DNA of 63,743 bases, the filler included, from Octopus bimaculoides (taxonomy: Eukaryota): the NCBI RefSeq assembly GCF_001194135.2. It is 7 parts of 5 records of this genome, joined end to end, with 100 filler letters (N's around TTAATTAATTAA, not from the genome) between each part and the next. Parts side by side here need not be neighbours in the genome. Positions count along the whole stretch, not along the records: positions 21,401 to 52,398 come from NC_068984.1; 6 more parts are not named here. The stretch is one strand, 5' to 3'. How positions within the stretch are numbered: the stretch's first letter is position 1; every line of letters begins with the position of its first letter. Shown piece by piece: positions 37,685-51,839 of this stretch. Position numbers and translations under genes: made by a program. Under the pieces are notes generated by a model. The model did not search any database. It was not told the origin of the DNA and saw only the letters and a program-made list of their open reading frames with translations.

Positions 37685-37960
37685 TGGGGGGCATGGCTCA
37701 GTGGTTAGAGTGTCGGGCTTACAATTACGAGGTTGTGAATTCGACTCCCGGAGCGGGCTTTTGGTGTGTTCTTGATCTAGACACTCTATTTCACGTTGCT
37801 TCAGTCAAATCAGCTGTAAAGATGAGTTTCGTCGTCACTGGTGCCAGTCTGTGTTGGCCTCTCCTTTCCCTTGGACAACATCGTTGGTATGGTGAAGGGA
37901 GATTAGTATGCATGGGCGGCTGCTGGTCTTCCACAAACAACCTTCTCCGGATGGCTAATT
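37685..37960 (+). mobile_element. Further tRNA-derived SINE with CORE/MIR-like body
   Basis: A-box TGGCTCAGTGGTTAG, B-box GAATTCGACTCCC, then GACACTCTATTTCACGTTGCTTCAGTC. Confidence 0.65.
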
Positions 37961-38879
37961 ATACATTTGTGCATATAATTTAATATCCACAGTATTTAAA
38001 TAGGAACTAATAATAATAGTTACATGTCACAGAGACACGATTATTCAGCAGAATTATGTACCTTGCCTTGTATCTCCAAGCTCAATGCATGAGCCTCAAC
38101 GATTGGTTGGGGACGGAGGGGTGATTGTGTCCGTATGTGTGTGTATAGGTGTGTGTGAGAGAGAGAGAGAGGGAGGGAGAGAGAGAGAGAGAAGGTGTAG
38201 TTTAATATATGTCGCCCACCACCACTTAACAAACACTTTTGACTTATTTACGTCCCTGTAACACAGCATTTCGACACAGGAGAACAGTAAAATAAATACT
38301 GGAGCCGATGTGTTCGATTAAAATCTGTTCATGACGGTATCCCAGTATGGTCAGAGCCCAATGACTGAAATAAATAAGAGATGAATAATATTATTACTGT
38401 AAAATTCAGTTATATGTTGTTCATGTACGGAATGAGGAATATAAATGCTTAAAAGTAAGCATATAGTTGACTAGATATTTAAATGCTTTGGACATTTGAT
38501 GCTGCTTAGTTCATTTACAAATAAAAGAGTAATAAAATGTACTTTACTGTTTCAGTTTTCTCAACAAAATAACGTATATTAACAGAGCATTATTTTTAAA
38601 GGACGTTGAGAACTGAGTGCATTCACATTTATTAGAGATATAAGATAAGCGAATTTGAGAAGGAACCAAGTTCATTACAGTATAAATTGTAGTTATTTGC
38701 TGTTTCCGGTAAACGCACCCTGAAACGTAATTGTTGGAGGTGAACGTTGTTTTCTGCTGGGTCCGGAAAGAAAAATTGCCATGATGAGTTTCACAATTTT
38801 TACCTTGAGATCTTCAACTGGAGACGGAAACTCATTTTCCTGACCACAAAGAAATAGTAACTTGTAACATTTTATCGTA

Positions 38880-39750
38880 TACACAAATACCTATTGAATT
38901 AAATGGAACTTAGATTTAGATACTGCTCTTTAATGTTGGAAAGCATATAAAACATTATTTTCCTCAAGCATGACCAATCTGCCAGAATCCATTTCGTTAT
39001 TGTCCAACTAGTTATAGTGGATTTAAGATCCAACTGGACAGTCTCACATCCTATGAACTTTGACAGGTCTTTATTTGTTTTCTCTGTTTCTGGTGTCCAT
39101 ACTATTATCATGTATGCATATCAAGCGTCAAGAAGGCACAAACCATGGCCTTCACGGCCTAGCCGATGCAAAATTATGGTTATTTGCAGTGAATGCAAAT
39201 TACCTCGGAGAAGGATTTCCATAAATATAATTCTATCCCAGCAGCTCATCTGAGGTACTTCCAAAGGCATTTTCAGTGGCATGAATCCAATAATTTGACC
39301 ACCGTCTCTGGTATCTTCCATGTTTCATTGTCACACAAAATAACAGGTCGAATGTATGATAAATATAAATTTCTCTACCATAAACTGCTTAACATAAAGC
39401 GCGTGTTATTTTAAGTTTATTTCTCAATTCTACAGGAAATAGATAAACAATAGTATGGTTATAGTGTTACGTAACTTACTTCACGACCACATTATCACTC
39501 CGAGTGAGATACTATTGCATACCATTCGCAACATATTTTCGACGCTATATTTAGATTATGTCCTGTACTTTCAAAGTGGCCGATTATTCTAAGAAACTGA
39601 ATATCTTTCAGGTAATCATCAAATAGAATCATCACAACTCAACACAATTTTTTCCGAAATACTGGCACTCCTTCCGACGACCATCCACATCATTTTCTTG
39701 AATCACATTTTTTATCCAGTTTTGTATATAGGAACTGCATCGAGAATGAA
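38880..39750 (-). mobile_element. Old RTE-type LINE remnant (post-RT region)
   Basis: Frame YIRPVILCDNETWKIPETVVKLLDSCH*KCLWKYLR matches RPVLLYG-ETW...CLR-IL. Confidence 0.6.
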
Positions 39751-40687
39751 TTATGGTAAAAGAAATTTGTCCGACGTATCGCAAAGCGGGATCGAAGCAG
39801 AGGCCACTTGAATGAAAAGCGAATTTCTTAAACATTTGACATAGCTTTGTAGTTATAAACATATTCACAGTTGCAAACTCACACGTAGGTCCGTACATAC
39901 ATACATACATGCATGCAGGCATACAGGCAGACAGACAGACATTCAGACAGAGGCACAGACCTACTCATATACATGTGTGTGTGCTTAGGTGCGTGTGTAT
40001 CACATTAGCACAGCTTAACATGTCTTATACTGCAACGCTAGCAATATAGATATCTATGATTCTGTGAACCGACACGATGATTATTACATCTCCCAGCAGA
40101 AATTATTAAGCAAATCAAACTAGATTCAAATCACAAGCAATCATATTACTAACAGTCGGTTATCAGATAACTCAAGCAAAATATTATTATGCAAAGATAT
40201 AATCATAAGATCTGGTGAAATTTGTTTTGTGCCTAATTTTCTTTCTTTCCAACATAATAATCATTCTTCCTTTTAGAATGAGAACTATAGGAAAACAATA
40301 TTTTTTCATGAGAAATAATAATGGCAATAATACACATGACACCGAAATACATCTGGAATACTTATCAATTATTGCGATGTCAATAAATGTTAACTAAAAT
40401 CAAATTGTAACATTCGCTCTTTTACTTATTGTTTAGTTGTGCTCTTTTGTTCGGAAACTTCAACTCTTGACAAACCCTACAACCAAGGGCTTCTTACATT
40501 GTCTTATGAAATACAGTTGGCATTATCTGCTAAGTTCTCAAGACGGTATTCACAGGCCTCAACCGCTCTATAGGCACCCAGTTCCAGTGATCATCGTTTG
40601 AAAATAGCTGACATACTGTCATATCAAAATTAACATTGTTTTTCTAACACCTGAAAATTTGTCCGCAACTCACACTTTTCAGCATAT

Positions 40688-41075
40688 GTTGTTGTTGGCA
40701 CTCAGTCGCTTACGACGTCGAGGGTTCCAGTTCATCCGATCGAAGGAACAGCCTGCTCGTGAAGTTAACGTGCAAGTGGCTGAGCACTCCACAGACACGT
40801 GTACCCTTAACGTAATTCTCAGGGATATTCAGCGTGACACAGTGTGACAAAGCTGACCCTTTGAATTACAGGCACAACAGAAACAGGAGGTAAGAGTGAG
40901 AGAAAGTTGTGGTGGAAGAGTACAGCAGGGTTCGCTACCATCCCCTGCCGGAGCCTCGTGGAGCTTTAGGTGTTTTCGCTCAATAAACACTCACAACGCC
41001 CGGTCTGGGAATCGAAACCGTGATCCTATGACCGTGAGTCCGATGCCCTAACCACTGGGCCATTGCGCCTCCACC
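40688..41075 (-). mobile_element. SINE family C, full length
   Basis: Reverse complement of 11850-12235. Confidence 0.9.
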
Positions 41076-41739
41076 TTTCTGACTTGTAAAGATATGTCAA
41101 TCAATAGTCGTCGCGTTTAAAACGGATGTAAGTATCATTAAGTCAAATTGGATGTATCGTCATGCAACTCTCTTTTTCTGAGAATGTTGACTTCGTGTCA
41201 TCTGTTTATTGTGAAAGTCAGAGCAGGATGCATAATGAAGAGGATTCGAAAGCTTGAAGAACGATGCGCTCATCGTCAGCTTTAACAGTCGCCCACGTCT
41301 TCAAACAACATTTGTTGATGGAGTTGAGTGCAAAATTTAATGGATGGCCCATATGCATGTGCTTTCAATCCGTTTGTACCTGTAGGCTGATGAACACAGG
41401 AATAGACGAGAATGTTCAGATTAATCAAATAAAGATTATGTATTAACATGAAGCATGAAGCTGTGAGGATTCCATCCTCGACATTTATGTCTTCCTTCAT
41501 ATAAGGTCTGGTTCATTTCCTTTCTGTTTCATATAGTTTCTTTATCTCATATTTCACCTCACCAACACATCCTTCATTTGTGTAATTTGTCTTTATAATC
41601 TCCTGTTGATCGTTGACACTGTGGCAAATAAATGCCTTGTTATTATTTGCTCTGGCCAACGTTATACCGATTCTATACCAAAATAGCGAGTTATATCCAA
41701 TGGCCAAAATTCTTTTGGGTAATTCCTTCACCAACTCAT

Positions 41740-42125
41740 TAGGCACCTTGCTTTTCTAACGACGCTGCTTTTTGCAACAACGCTATTCTAATGGTAATTC
41801 CTAGGTTCTAAAGCCTTGCATCCTACCTTTTCCTAACTGCTCCCATCGATCCAACAATAATCGATACCACGTCTACGTGCCTGATTCTCTATAGTTTCCT
41901 AATTACGAAACTCAGATATTTCTCCACTTTTTCAATTTTCTACTCATTTACATTCTGGTTTCACAATAATTGCTTCGTTCTTTTTTACGACTACAATGTC
42001 AGTTTTCAAACGCAGAATAAAACGTTTGCACTATACGGTCATGTGCCACGTGATCTTATAGTGTTCGTTTCTCGCAACCCTTTTCGGTTGGTGCTCGTAC
42101 CATTTCTCACTTCTGCTTAAGACAG
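41740..42125 (-). mobile_element. R4/Dong-type RLE fragment
   Basis: EKWYEHQPKRVARNEHYKITW...KTDIVVVKK...SIIVGSMGAV. Confidence 0.75.
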
Positions 42126-42249
42126 AGCTTCCAATGAACCAATCTGGCGATGTCATCATGCCTTCTCTTGTACCTTTTTTGTACCAGCATCTTGCAATCA
42201 GTAATTAAGTCGTTCATCATCATCATCATCAGTATCATCCACATCATCA

Positions 42250-42575
42250 TCATCCGAATCACGATCGTCTTCATTATGATTTATTCCTTTCATCTCAATT
42301 TACTTTGTAACTCCCAGAGTCTTGCATGCATAGCGGGTTTGCTCCCTGCAATTCGTTCTTTTCAAATTTCTAATGCTTTCATGATTATTCTGGCCGTGGC
42401 AATGATGCAAATCTTTTGTAATATTTCTGCTGGGCACTCTATTCTGATTTTCGTTATATTCATCTTGATTTCCTTTATGTTCATCTTGATTTCCTTTATA
42501 TTCAACTTCACCGTCTTCATTTTCCATAGCCGGGCTATTTCCTACTTAAGAGGATTGTATATATCAAAACGACGC
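42250..42575 (-). mobile_element. R4/Dong-type 3' end (same family as 27377-28630)
   Basis: EIARLWKMK...IECPAEILQKICIIATARII; UTR shares ATGCAAGACTC with the region near 27495; ends in (TGA)n. Confidence 0.75.
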
Positions 42576-43254
42576 GTTATAATACTATTCCACAGCCATA
42601 CCAACAATCAAACATACCTCCATCAAATAATCCCTGCCGTCTTCCGTAGTGTAATATAAAAGTAAAGTTTAATAACCACATTATTTCAATCAATCAACAT
42701 ATTGGCAGGATTAAACACTAACCTTACTAAAACTACAAGTGACATTTAAAACAATCTACATTGTATCGGTATTAATAGTAAACTGCAATAATTAAATTAT
42801 ATCCTAAATTGCGATCCATAGTTAAGTCCATATAAATAATAATCCCACGGTCTTCCATAGATATTACTATAATGAAAGTTCAATATATTTTTTTTTTCCA
42901 AAACAGAACATGATTGAAATTAATTTAACTAATATTTTTATGAGTGAAATACTTTATTCCATCATGTAGTGTTAATAATAAAACATTACATACTCATTAA
43001 TATATCATCACTGCAAGACATAATATTAAATTACCAGTGACTAATATACACATACATTTCATTAAATAGGAACTGATAAAAGTACTTGTAATAAAATACT
43101 ATTATAAATCTTGATATGTTTAAAGTTAATCAAACTGTTTAAAGACAATAAAACTGTTTAAAACGACTAGGTCTAGTCTGTTATGTTCTACCACCCGATC
43201 CGTTTGGACTGAGAAATCCCGCCGGATTTCTGATCGTCCCACATCTTGCGTCTC

Positions 43255-43560
43255 TCTGACCCCATTTTTCGCGGAGTTTTCCATGTAGCACTTTCGCTAA
43301 CTGGTCGTTTCACTACAACTTGTAGTAGGATTGGGCAAGTCTAGGGCATTCAGTTCCGATATGGGCAATCATTTCGCCCACTCTATTACAGATGCGGCAC
43401 AGCAGTGAATCTTGCTCATTCCTAAGATTGACCAACAATTCGTTACCAAAGCTTGGTCCCGCGCTACCAGTATAGTGCTCGCAGTCTCTTTTTCCAGTGT
43501 TTCTTTCCTTAGCCAATCCCACCAATATGTTCTAGTTGTGGCTACATGCAATTTATTGTG
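43255..43560 (-). mobile_element. R4/Dong-type zinc-knuckle fragment
   Basis: WDWLRKETLEKETASTILVARDQALVTN...LCRICNRVGEMIAHIGTECPRLAQSYYK. Confidence 0.8.
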
Positions 43561-46071
43561 TAGTCCCTTAGCAGTTCGGCCAGGTGCAACAATAGAAAAG
43601 GTATCAGGTTTTTAAAAAATAAGTATTCCTGTCAAATTGTTTTTCGAAACACAAGATGGTTCTCCAATATGGCTGCAGTTGAATACTTGAAGCATAATAA
43701 TGAACCGTCGACCTCAAGAACGACTACATCACAGCTACAAAAAAGCCTCAAATCAATAGTAAGGAGATCAACAAAACAATAAAGAACACAAATATTCACA
43801 GAACAAGTGGCATACCACCTCGGACCACACAGACAAGCAGATGGTAAAAGGTTAGTGGAAAACCTCAAATGACAGCAACTGAACAATAGAAAGGAATGGA
43901 AATAAAAACAAAGTATAGTAGCAAAACGCACTTGGTGGTTCAGACAAATATGGAAGACTTTTGACAACAATGCACTAATAGCGCCGCCACCACCACCACC
44001 ACCAGCAATGCAAGTCATATCAGCATCATTAGCATCATCATCATCACCACCAGCAACACCACAAGTATTGCAAACAAAACAAACAAATTCCTTCACAAGA
44101 ACAGTCAGCATATAACCAAAGAATTTATAAACTACAAAGAGACTGACAAAGGAGCAACAAGAAATTCTATTTTGTATTTTTTGCTGTATTTCTCTTGAGA
44201 GTTAAGCCATTTTGAGAAGCCTCAGTATCTTTAAAAGTACATGTTATTCAGGAGAACCGATCATTCAATCATTTTGTGACACTGCAATTAAAGCAACATT
44301 ACTATAGATTATACTTATACTCAAGTATAATATGCGCTGATAAGGTCATATTAAAAGCAAAACACGTCTACTACTTATTCCCTATACAGTACAAAATTAA
44401 CAGATATGTGTGTATTTATTGCGAGAACATTCACACATCGACACACTCATATATTACTATACATGCCTTTATAAGGTTACACCCATATGCAAAGATACAT
44501 AGATACTGCCTATATTTACATGACGTGTATGCAAAGTGCTATGCTTCCTTATTTAAAGAGGGCTGGTGGTGGACCATGTCTGCAAGCCTTCTATCTAACT
44601 GACGCCGATGATCATTCGAGAGGAAGACCACTCATGAGAATCAATGTACATTATTATGACTGTGGTCGCAGCGTTGATTTATAAATGCATTGAGCTGGAA
44701 AATATGCACCAACGCATCTAATACAATCGTGCACAGAGCTGCTACTCGTCCGCAGGCCTTGTTTGTCATTCTAACTGAAACCGAATGTTTGAAATGCAAG
44801 TTTGATTCCTTGGTAATCGAAACTCATTCTACAGAGGGTCGGGAAAAATACACGACACATTCTTCTCAGCGTTGTAAACGCTCTGTCATACACGCTCACA
44901 CAACAAACTATCTACCTATAAATAAATATATATTTGTGTATATACATACGCATATTCACATACATATGCATGTATGTATGCATGATATATAAGTATATNN
45001 NNNNNNNNNNNNNNNNNNNNNNNNNNNNNNNNNNNNNNNNNNNNNNNNNNNNNNNNNNNNNNNNNNNNNNNNNNNNNNNNNNNNNNNNNNNNNNNNNNNN
45101 NNNNNNNNNNNNNNNNNNNNNNNNNNNNNNNNNNNNNNNNNNNNNNNNNNNNNNNNNNNNNNNNNNNNNNNNNNNNNNNNNNNNNNNNNNNNNNNNNNNN
45201 NNNNNNNNNNNNNNNNNNNNNNNNNNNNNNNNNNNNNNNNNNNNNNNNNNNNNNNNNNNNNNNNNNNNNNNNNNNNNNNNNNNNNNNNNNNNNNNNNNNN
45301 NNNNNNNNNNNNNNNNNNNNNNNNNNNNNNNNNNNNNNNNNNNNNNNNNNNNNNNNNNNNNNNNNNNNNNNNNNNNNNNNNNNNNNNNNNNNNNNNNNNN
45401 NNNNNNNNNNNNNNNNNNNNNNNNNNNNNNNNNNNNNNNNNNNNNNNNNNNNNNNNNNNNNNNNNNNNNNNNNNNNNNNNNNNNNNNNNNNNNNNNNNNN
45501 NNNNNNNNNNNNNNNNNNNNNNNNNNNNNNNNNNNNNNNNNNNNNNNNNNNNNNNNNNNNNNNNNNNNNNNNNNNNNNNNNNNNNNNNNNNNNNNNNNNN
45601 NNNNNNNNNNNNNNNNNNNNNNNNNNNNNNNNNNNNNNNNNNNNNNNNNNNNNNNNNNNNNNNNNNNNNNNNNNNNNNNNNNNNNNNNNNNNNNNNNNNN
45701 NNNNNNNNNNNNNNNNNNNNNNNNNNNNNNNNNNNNNNNNNNNNNNNNNNNNNNNNNNNNNNNNNNNNNNNNNNNNNNNNNNNNNNNNNNNNNNNNNNNN
45801 NNNNNATACAAACACACATACACACATACATATATATGTATGTATATATATACAAAGTATGGGGCTTTAGTTCACAGGTGAACTAAACTATTACTACGTA
45901 CGCTAGGTAAGTGCTGTAACGGATTACTAGGGATGCAAGGTTATAGACGAGATGGTATCTGTGGAACCATTGCAAATTTCGGATGCAGCGGATATATAAT
46001 TTTTAAAGAGGCAACAAACATTAAGGCAAGGCAAACTTCTTAAGTCATATATGGTATTATTAATGGAAAAA

Positions 46072-47307
46072 ATTCAAAGTCTTACAGATGTGAGATATCC
46101 CCGAGTATGAGATACTCCGTCACCAGAAACAAATAGGGAAAAATAGGGAAAGTGAAATGAGTATATATTAATAGAATGACAAGGATTGGATTTATAAATA
46201 ACACTTGGCTTAAGGAACACTCGAAACGCAGCTCGAGACAAACGTGCACAAATATTGGAAATCCAAATTCTCCTACTACGATCAGACAATCTCGCCCACC
46301 TAGCACCCGTACGTATAACACTCGATCTACAAACACTAACACTAATGTTAGGCCTTTCAACTCTCCTCTAACATTCACTTGGAATTACACCTCCCCAAAC
46401 TTGCATAATAAAAGCGGTGGGAGATCTATTCTCTGATATACACCTCTATTCGCTTTCAATGTTAAGGGCCTCGCTAAAGCATTCTTTAAAATAGTAGACT
46501 CTAATTTCCCACGTAACCGCAAGTACCATTCTATCTTTAACCCATACACTTTGAAAGAATAATATTCATCTACACCAAATATAGTATCTATTATCACCTC
46601 ATCTAACAAATGTAAACTTAGCTCTTACGATCTAAATGCATACCAACCTACTATAGACCTACACACTGAAAACACTAACTCTGATCGCAATAACAAATTT
46701 AATGCTCCTGGCCCGACCACTTTAAACAACTTAAACATGAATAATATAGTCCCCACCTCGGAGGAAGGTGAGCGCATAGCTGAAGCCGACTCAAACACTA
46801 ATAGGCACATTGATACTAACAATACTAACTATATTATAACTGCTACAACTAATAATACATATACTTCAACTACTAATAAGACTAGCAATAATATCAATAC
46901 TAGTGTCAACGACAATATTTCCATTACTGAAAACAAAATTACTATTAACGCTCTTACCACGAACACGACTACGAATAGCGGCCATAATAGTATCACTAAT
47001 ACCACGTCTTCTACCACTGCTAATACTAACACTACTACCACTACACTGCTGCTGCTGTTGCTGAAACTATCACTGCCACTCCTCCTCCTCCTCCTCCTCC
47101 TCCTCCTACTACTACTACTACTACTACTGATAATAATAATGACAACAGCAATCCCGATAACGATAATGACTATATTAATAATAATGGTAACGCTGGCGTT
47201 GGTATTGATACTAGAAACACAGCAATAATAGCAGCAATATAAAGATTGATTCACCTAATACTACCCTAGCCACTACCAGCACTACCTCATATCTGTCTGT
47301 CTGTCTG

Positions 47308-47357
<50 letters not shown>

Positions 47358-48709
47358 ATCAACCTTCATAGAAGTAATAAGTGCAATTGCAGATCCAGGA
47401 CAGACTGGTTGCTGCAAGCCAAATGCAGAAGATTCAACATCGTATACCAATGCACAGTTCACAACATAGTAAAATAACTCCTATAGCTACTACATTGGAT
47501 CTACCACATTTTATAAACTAAGACATTATGCACGTTTAAACTCATTTAANNNNNNNNNNNNNNNNNNNNNNNNNNNNNNNNNNNNNNNNNNNNNNNNNNN
47601 NNNNNNNNNNNNNNNNNNNNNNNNNNNNNNNNNNNNNNNNNNNNNNNNNNNNNNNNNNNNNNNNNNNNNNNNNNNNNNNNNNNNNNNNNNNNNNNNNNNN
47701 NNNNNNNNNNNNNNNNNNNNNNNNNNNNNNNNNNNNNNNNNNNNNNNNNNNNNNNNNNNNNNNNNNNNNNNNNNNNNNNNNNNNNNNNNNNNNNNNNNNN
47801 NNNNNNNNNNNNNNNNNNNNNNNNNNNNNNNNNNNNNNNNNNNNNNNNNNNNNNNNNNNNNNNNNNNNNNNNNNNNNNNNNNNNNNNNNNNNNNNNNNNN
47901 NNNNNNNNNNNNNNNNNNNNNNNNNNNNNNNNNNNNNNNNNNNNNNNNNNNNNNNNNNNNNNNNNNNNNNNNNNNNNNNNNNNNNNNNNNNNNNNNNNNN
48001 NNNNNNNNNNNNNNNNNNNNNNNNNNNNNNNNNNNNNNNNNNNNNNNNNNNNNNNNNNNNNNNNNNGCCTTAGCCAGAAAGGTTACAATCATTTACGACT
48101 TGATTTCCACTCCAACACCTATAGACTAGAAGACTGCCACCAATACCTACTACTCCCTTTAAATACCAATCATTTTGCTCTATTTTGTTTAATTTTACGC
48201 TATTTTCCTGTACTTCCTCATCTCCTCTCTTATCGTCACGGCTATCTTTGTACACAATATTCTTAGACACTATATACTTATACACCTTACTTTATCCTAA
48301 GTCCAATCCTTAACTTCACAACCACACTCTGTCTATCTCTCTTTCTATTTATTTACTTTTCTCTCCTTTTACCACTTCATAGCCACCTTCGCTACCATTC
48401 TGTTATTGAACGTTGATATGTTCTCGTATTTTTTCTCTAGATGTTTTCAATATCAGGATTTTAACCCACATTGATCTACGCCGGAATGCACCTATGATTT
48501 TGTTTCTACAATATCGGAAATTTGAACTATGAACTTTTATGCTTCTTTTTGTTCTCTCTCTTCATCTTCTTATTCCCTTGCTCCCTTCCTCTATGTCATC
48601 ATTCAATTAATATATAACCTTCTAATTTTTCCTATTTCCCCCTATTTGTCTCTGATGACAGAATATCCCATATTCGGGGATATCCCAGAAACAGCTGTAA
48701 GACTTTGAA
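46072..48709 (+). mobile_element. Penelope-like element with inverted terminal segments (gap 47550-48066)
   Basis: One frame 46176-47228 with two stops contains IL*YTPLFAFNVKGLAKAFFKIVDSNFPRNRKYHSIFNPYTLKE*YSSTPNIVSII (PLE IWFNPP...HFP...IFN motif). 46072-46140 is an inverted copy of 48641-48709. Confidence 0.75.
48648..48703 (+). ncRNA. Minimal type I hammerhead ribozyme at the PLE 3' end
   Basis: GTCT CTGATGA cagaATATCCC-atattcg-GGGATATccca GAAA CAGCTG TA AGAC. Stem I GTCT/AGAC, palindromic CAGCTG, GUA cleavage triplet. Confidence 0.75.
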
Positions 48710-50879
48710 TCTTTCCAATAATAATATTGAGTTGTTTTGCCTTGCTTGAACGTTTGTTGTCCTCCTTAACAATTATATATATATAAATTATAAACATATA
48801 GGGATCAGCAGGAGTTGATTCACCAACATACTGAACATTTAGAAATAGCAGTTACAAAACTACTAATTCTAACTATAATTTTTTCTCCAACGGATGGCGA
48901 TATTTATGGCGCACATAGAACAAAACGGATGAGAAAATAACGAAAACAAACCTGCCATTAGTTAATCATGTACGACATTTCGTGATTAGAATATAATATT
49001 TCTTTCCACTCATCAGCATGATATACAAAATTATAAATTTGAAAATGCTAATATATTTAAAGGCGGTGCTCCAGCATGGCCACAGTCAAAAGACTGAAAC
49101 AAGTAGAAGAGTAAAAGAGTATACTCATGCGACATCAAATATCACATAAGAAACAATCAGCATCTACAAATTTATCGACTAGTGAGTTCCGTATCCCTCC
49201 TGAAATTATCCCATGTGCGTCACAAATAGTCCCGCAGAAAAGATTGCAGTCTAACCATCCAAAAGAAGACCATCAATATAGATATATAGGGCAGAGAATT
49301 GCCAATTAATTAATAAAGTTAATGATTAACAATTTTGCCAATTTAACCAATTGTAAATTATTANNNNNNNNNNNNNNNNNNNNNNNNNNNNNNNNNNNNN
49401 NNNNNNNNNNNNNNNNNNNNNNNNNNNNNNNNNNNNNNNNNNNNNNNNNNNNNNNNNNNNNNNNNNNNNNNNNNNNNNNNNNNNNNNNNNNNNNNNNNNN
49501 NNNNNNNNNNNNNNNNNNNNNNNNNNNNNNNNNNNNNNNNNNNNNNNNNNNNNNNNNNNNNNNNNNNNNNNNNNNNNNNNNNNNNNNNNNNNNNNNNNNN
49601 NNNNNNNNNNNNNNNNNNNNNNNNNNNNNNNNNNNNNNNNNNNNNNNNNNNNNNNNNNNNNNNNNNNNNNNNNNNNNNNNNNNNNNNNNNNNNNNNNNNN
49701 NNNNNNNNNNNNNNNNNNNNNNNNNNNNNNNNNNNNNNNNNNNNNNNNNNNNNNNNNNNNNNNNNNNNNNNNNNNNNNNNNNNNNNNNNNNNNNNNNNNN
49801 NNNNNNNNNNNNNNNNNNNNNNNNNNNNNNNNNNNNNNNNNNNNNNNNNNNNNNNNNNNNNNNNNNNNNNNNNNNNNNNNNNNNNNNNNNNNNNNNNNNN
49901 NNNNNNNNNNNNNNNNNNNNNNNNNNNNNNNNNNNNNNNNNNNNNNNTATATTTATATTTTCTATTCTTTCATTTGTCTTGCTCGCTTACGTTCTGGCAA
50001 TTGCTGAATTTTCTTCAGAACAATCTTTTCTTAGTGGTCAGACCATAGGTGGTCTTCTTCTAGCATAATAGATGTTCACTCAGTGGTCGTCTCTCTTATA
50101 TGTGTGTATATATATATATGTATATATGTATGTATGTGTATACGTGCATTTGCATGTGTGTTTGTGTGCGTGCGTGCATGTGTAAGCGTGTGTACGCGCA
50201 CGCGAGTGAGTGTTAGTGTGAGCTTGTGTGTGTGTATAGTTTGTAGAGTAAATGTCATAGTAGTGAGGAGAAGGTTCTCATTAATAGTTGGATGCTGGAC
50301 AAAGTTTTAGTGATTAGGACATTTTATGTAATTTGGTCAAATATCATTGAAATACTTTTCAGTTTTCATCCTTACGAATTTAAAATATCATCAAGCTCAC
50401 TAGCTCTGATGTAGATAGTCCAGATTTTTTCTCCATAACCGTATACTTGCTACAAGGATTGTAAATTTTATTTTGCACAAGAACATCATCTGTCATAACG
50501 GCAGCAACAGTAGCTACATCAGCAGCATGCAATCAGTAAATTTGATTTCATTTTGCTGGAATCGATAACCGTTTAAAACATTGAGGACGAAATTATCGAC
50601 TACGAACTTTCCTATCACCAGTAGACAAAACTAAATAAAGCCGTGTTAGTAAGTTAGAAATCTTTATTATCTGTGTATATCTACAGAACTGGCGTTGAAG
50701 CGGTACTGAATTATTTGCACATCTACCACTACCTTTTGAATTCAAATTCTTTTAGCATCATCATTGCTTTCCATCCATCCGGGATAGATAAGACAATGCG
50801 TCGATCGAATTAAGTCGATATGATTGATTGTTCCTTCAATCAGAATTCGAGAAAATCGAGGTCATGTATACATACTGAA

Positions 50880-50889
50880 AATAATAATG

Positions 50890-50933
<44 letters not shown>

Positions 50934-50953
50934 GATAATAACAACAATAATAG

Positions 50954-51001
<48 letters not shown>

Positions 51002-51050
51002 CGACCACGACCACGACGCCGACGATGACGATGACGATAACGATGATAAT
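50880..51050. repeat. Compound (AAT)n(GAT)n(GAC)n microsatellite
   Basis: Direct. Confidence 0.95.
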
Positions 51051-51249
51051 AAAGGTATCAGATTTTCGACTTATAATCTGTTTATATGACCGGTGTCTTG
51101 GCTGAGAATTTATATAAACATCTAGAAAGTAATAATCAATTTCCAGAAGAACAGTAAAGATGCAGGAAACAATGTAGGGCAACGAAAGACCACTTATTAA
51201 TTGATAAAACGATAATTAGAATGTGTAGATACGGATTGAGGGGATTGAA

Positions 51250-51830
51250 TGTAGCATGGTTGAACTACAAAAATGCATAAAATATGGTACAACGCAGATG
51301 GATAACTAAATCAGTTAGTATACTTGGAGCGGCAACAAATATGAAAGTATAGTTAATGAAAATATAAATCTTTGGAATACTGAATTGAGTGGAGGAAAAC
51401 AAAAACTGCGAGAAGTGAACATCAGGTGTGGTACACTTCAAGGTGATAGCTTATCTCCATTTGTATTGGTTTTGGTATTCAGTTTACGGAAAGTAAAAAT
51501 AGCTTATGATTTGGGAAAAAGATGTGGTCAGATAAATCATCTCATTTTTATGCATGACATAATGCTATTAGTTTAAAATGAGAAGCAGCTCGTAAGTCAT
51601 GTACATACTATTCGCCTTTTCTCAAATGATCTAGGTACGGAATTTGGGATTAAACATTGTGCTATGTTGAAAATAAAACGAGGGCAAACAATGAAAGCAG
51701 TTGAAAAAGAACGGTCATATAAGTATCTGGGGATACCGGAGGCGGATGAAATAAAACACAAAGAGATAAAACAAGTTACCAGTAGAGAGTATACGAGAAG
51801 AGTGAGAAAAAATATTACAAATTTGAAGTC
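51250..51830 (+). mobile_element. R4/Dong-type RT core fragment, decayed
   Basis: LQGDSLSPFVL...INHLIFMHDIML...EFGIKHCA...YKYLGI...EYTRRVRK. Confidence 0.85.
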
Positions 51831-51839
51831 ATAAATAGT

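Noticed and set aside
39121-39321. GQIIGFMPLKMPLE...REGHGLC resembling an RNA triphosphatase/capping enzyme
   Set aside because: No HCxxGxxR motif; another frame of the same DNA gives a clear RTE LINE motif.
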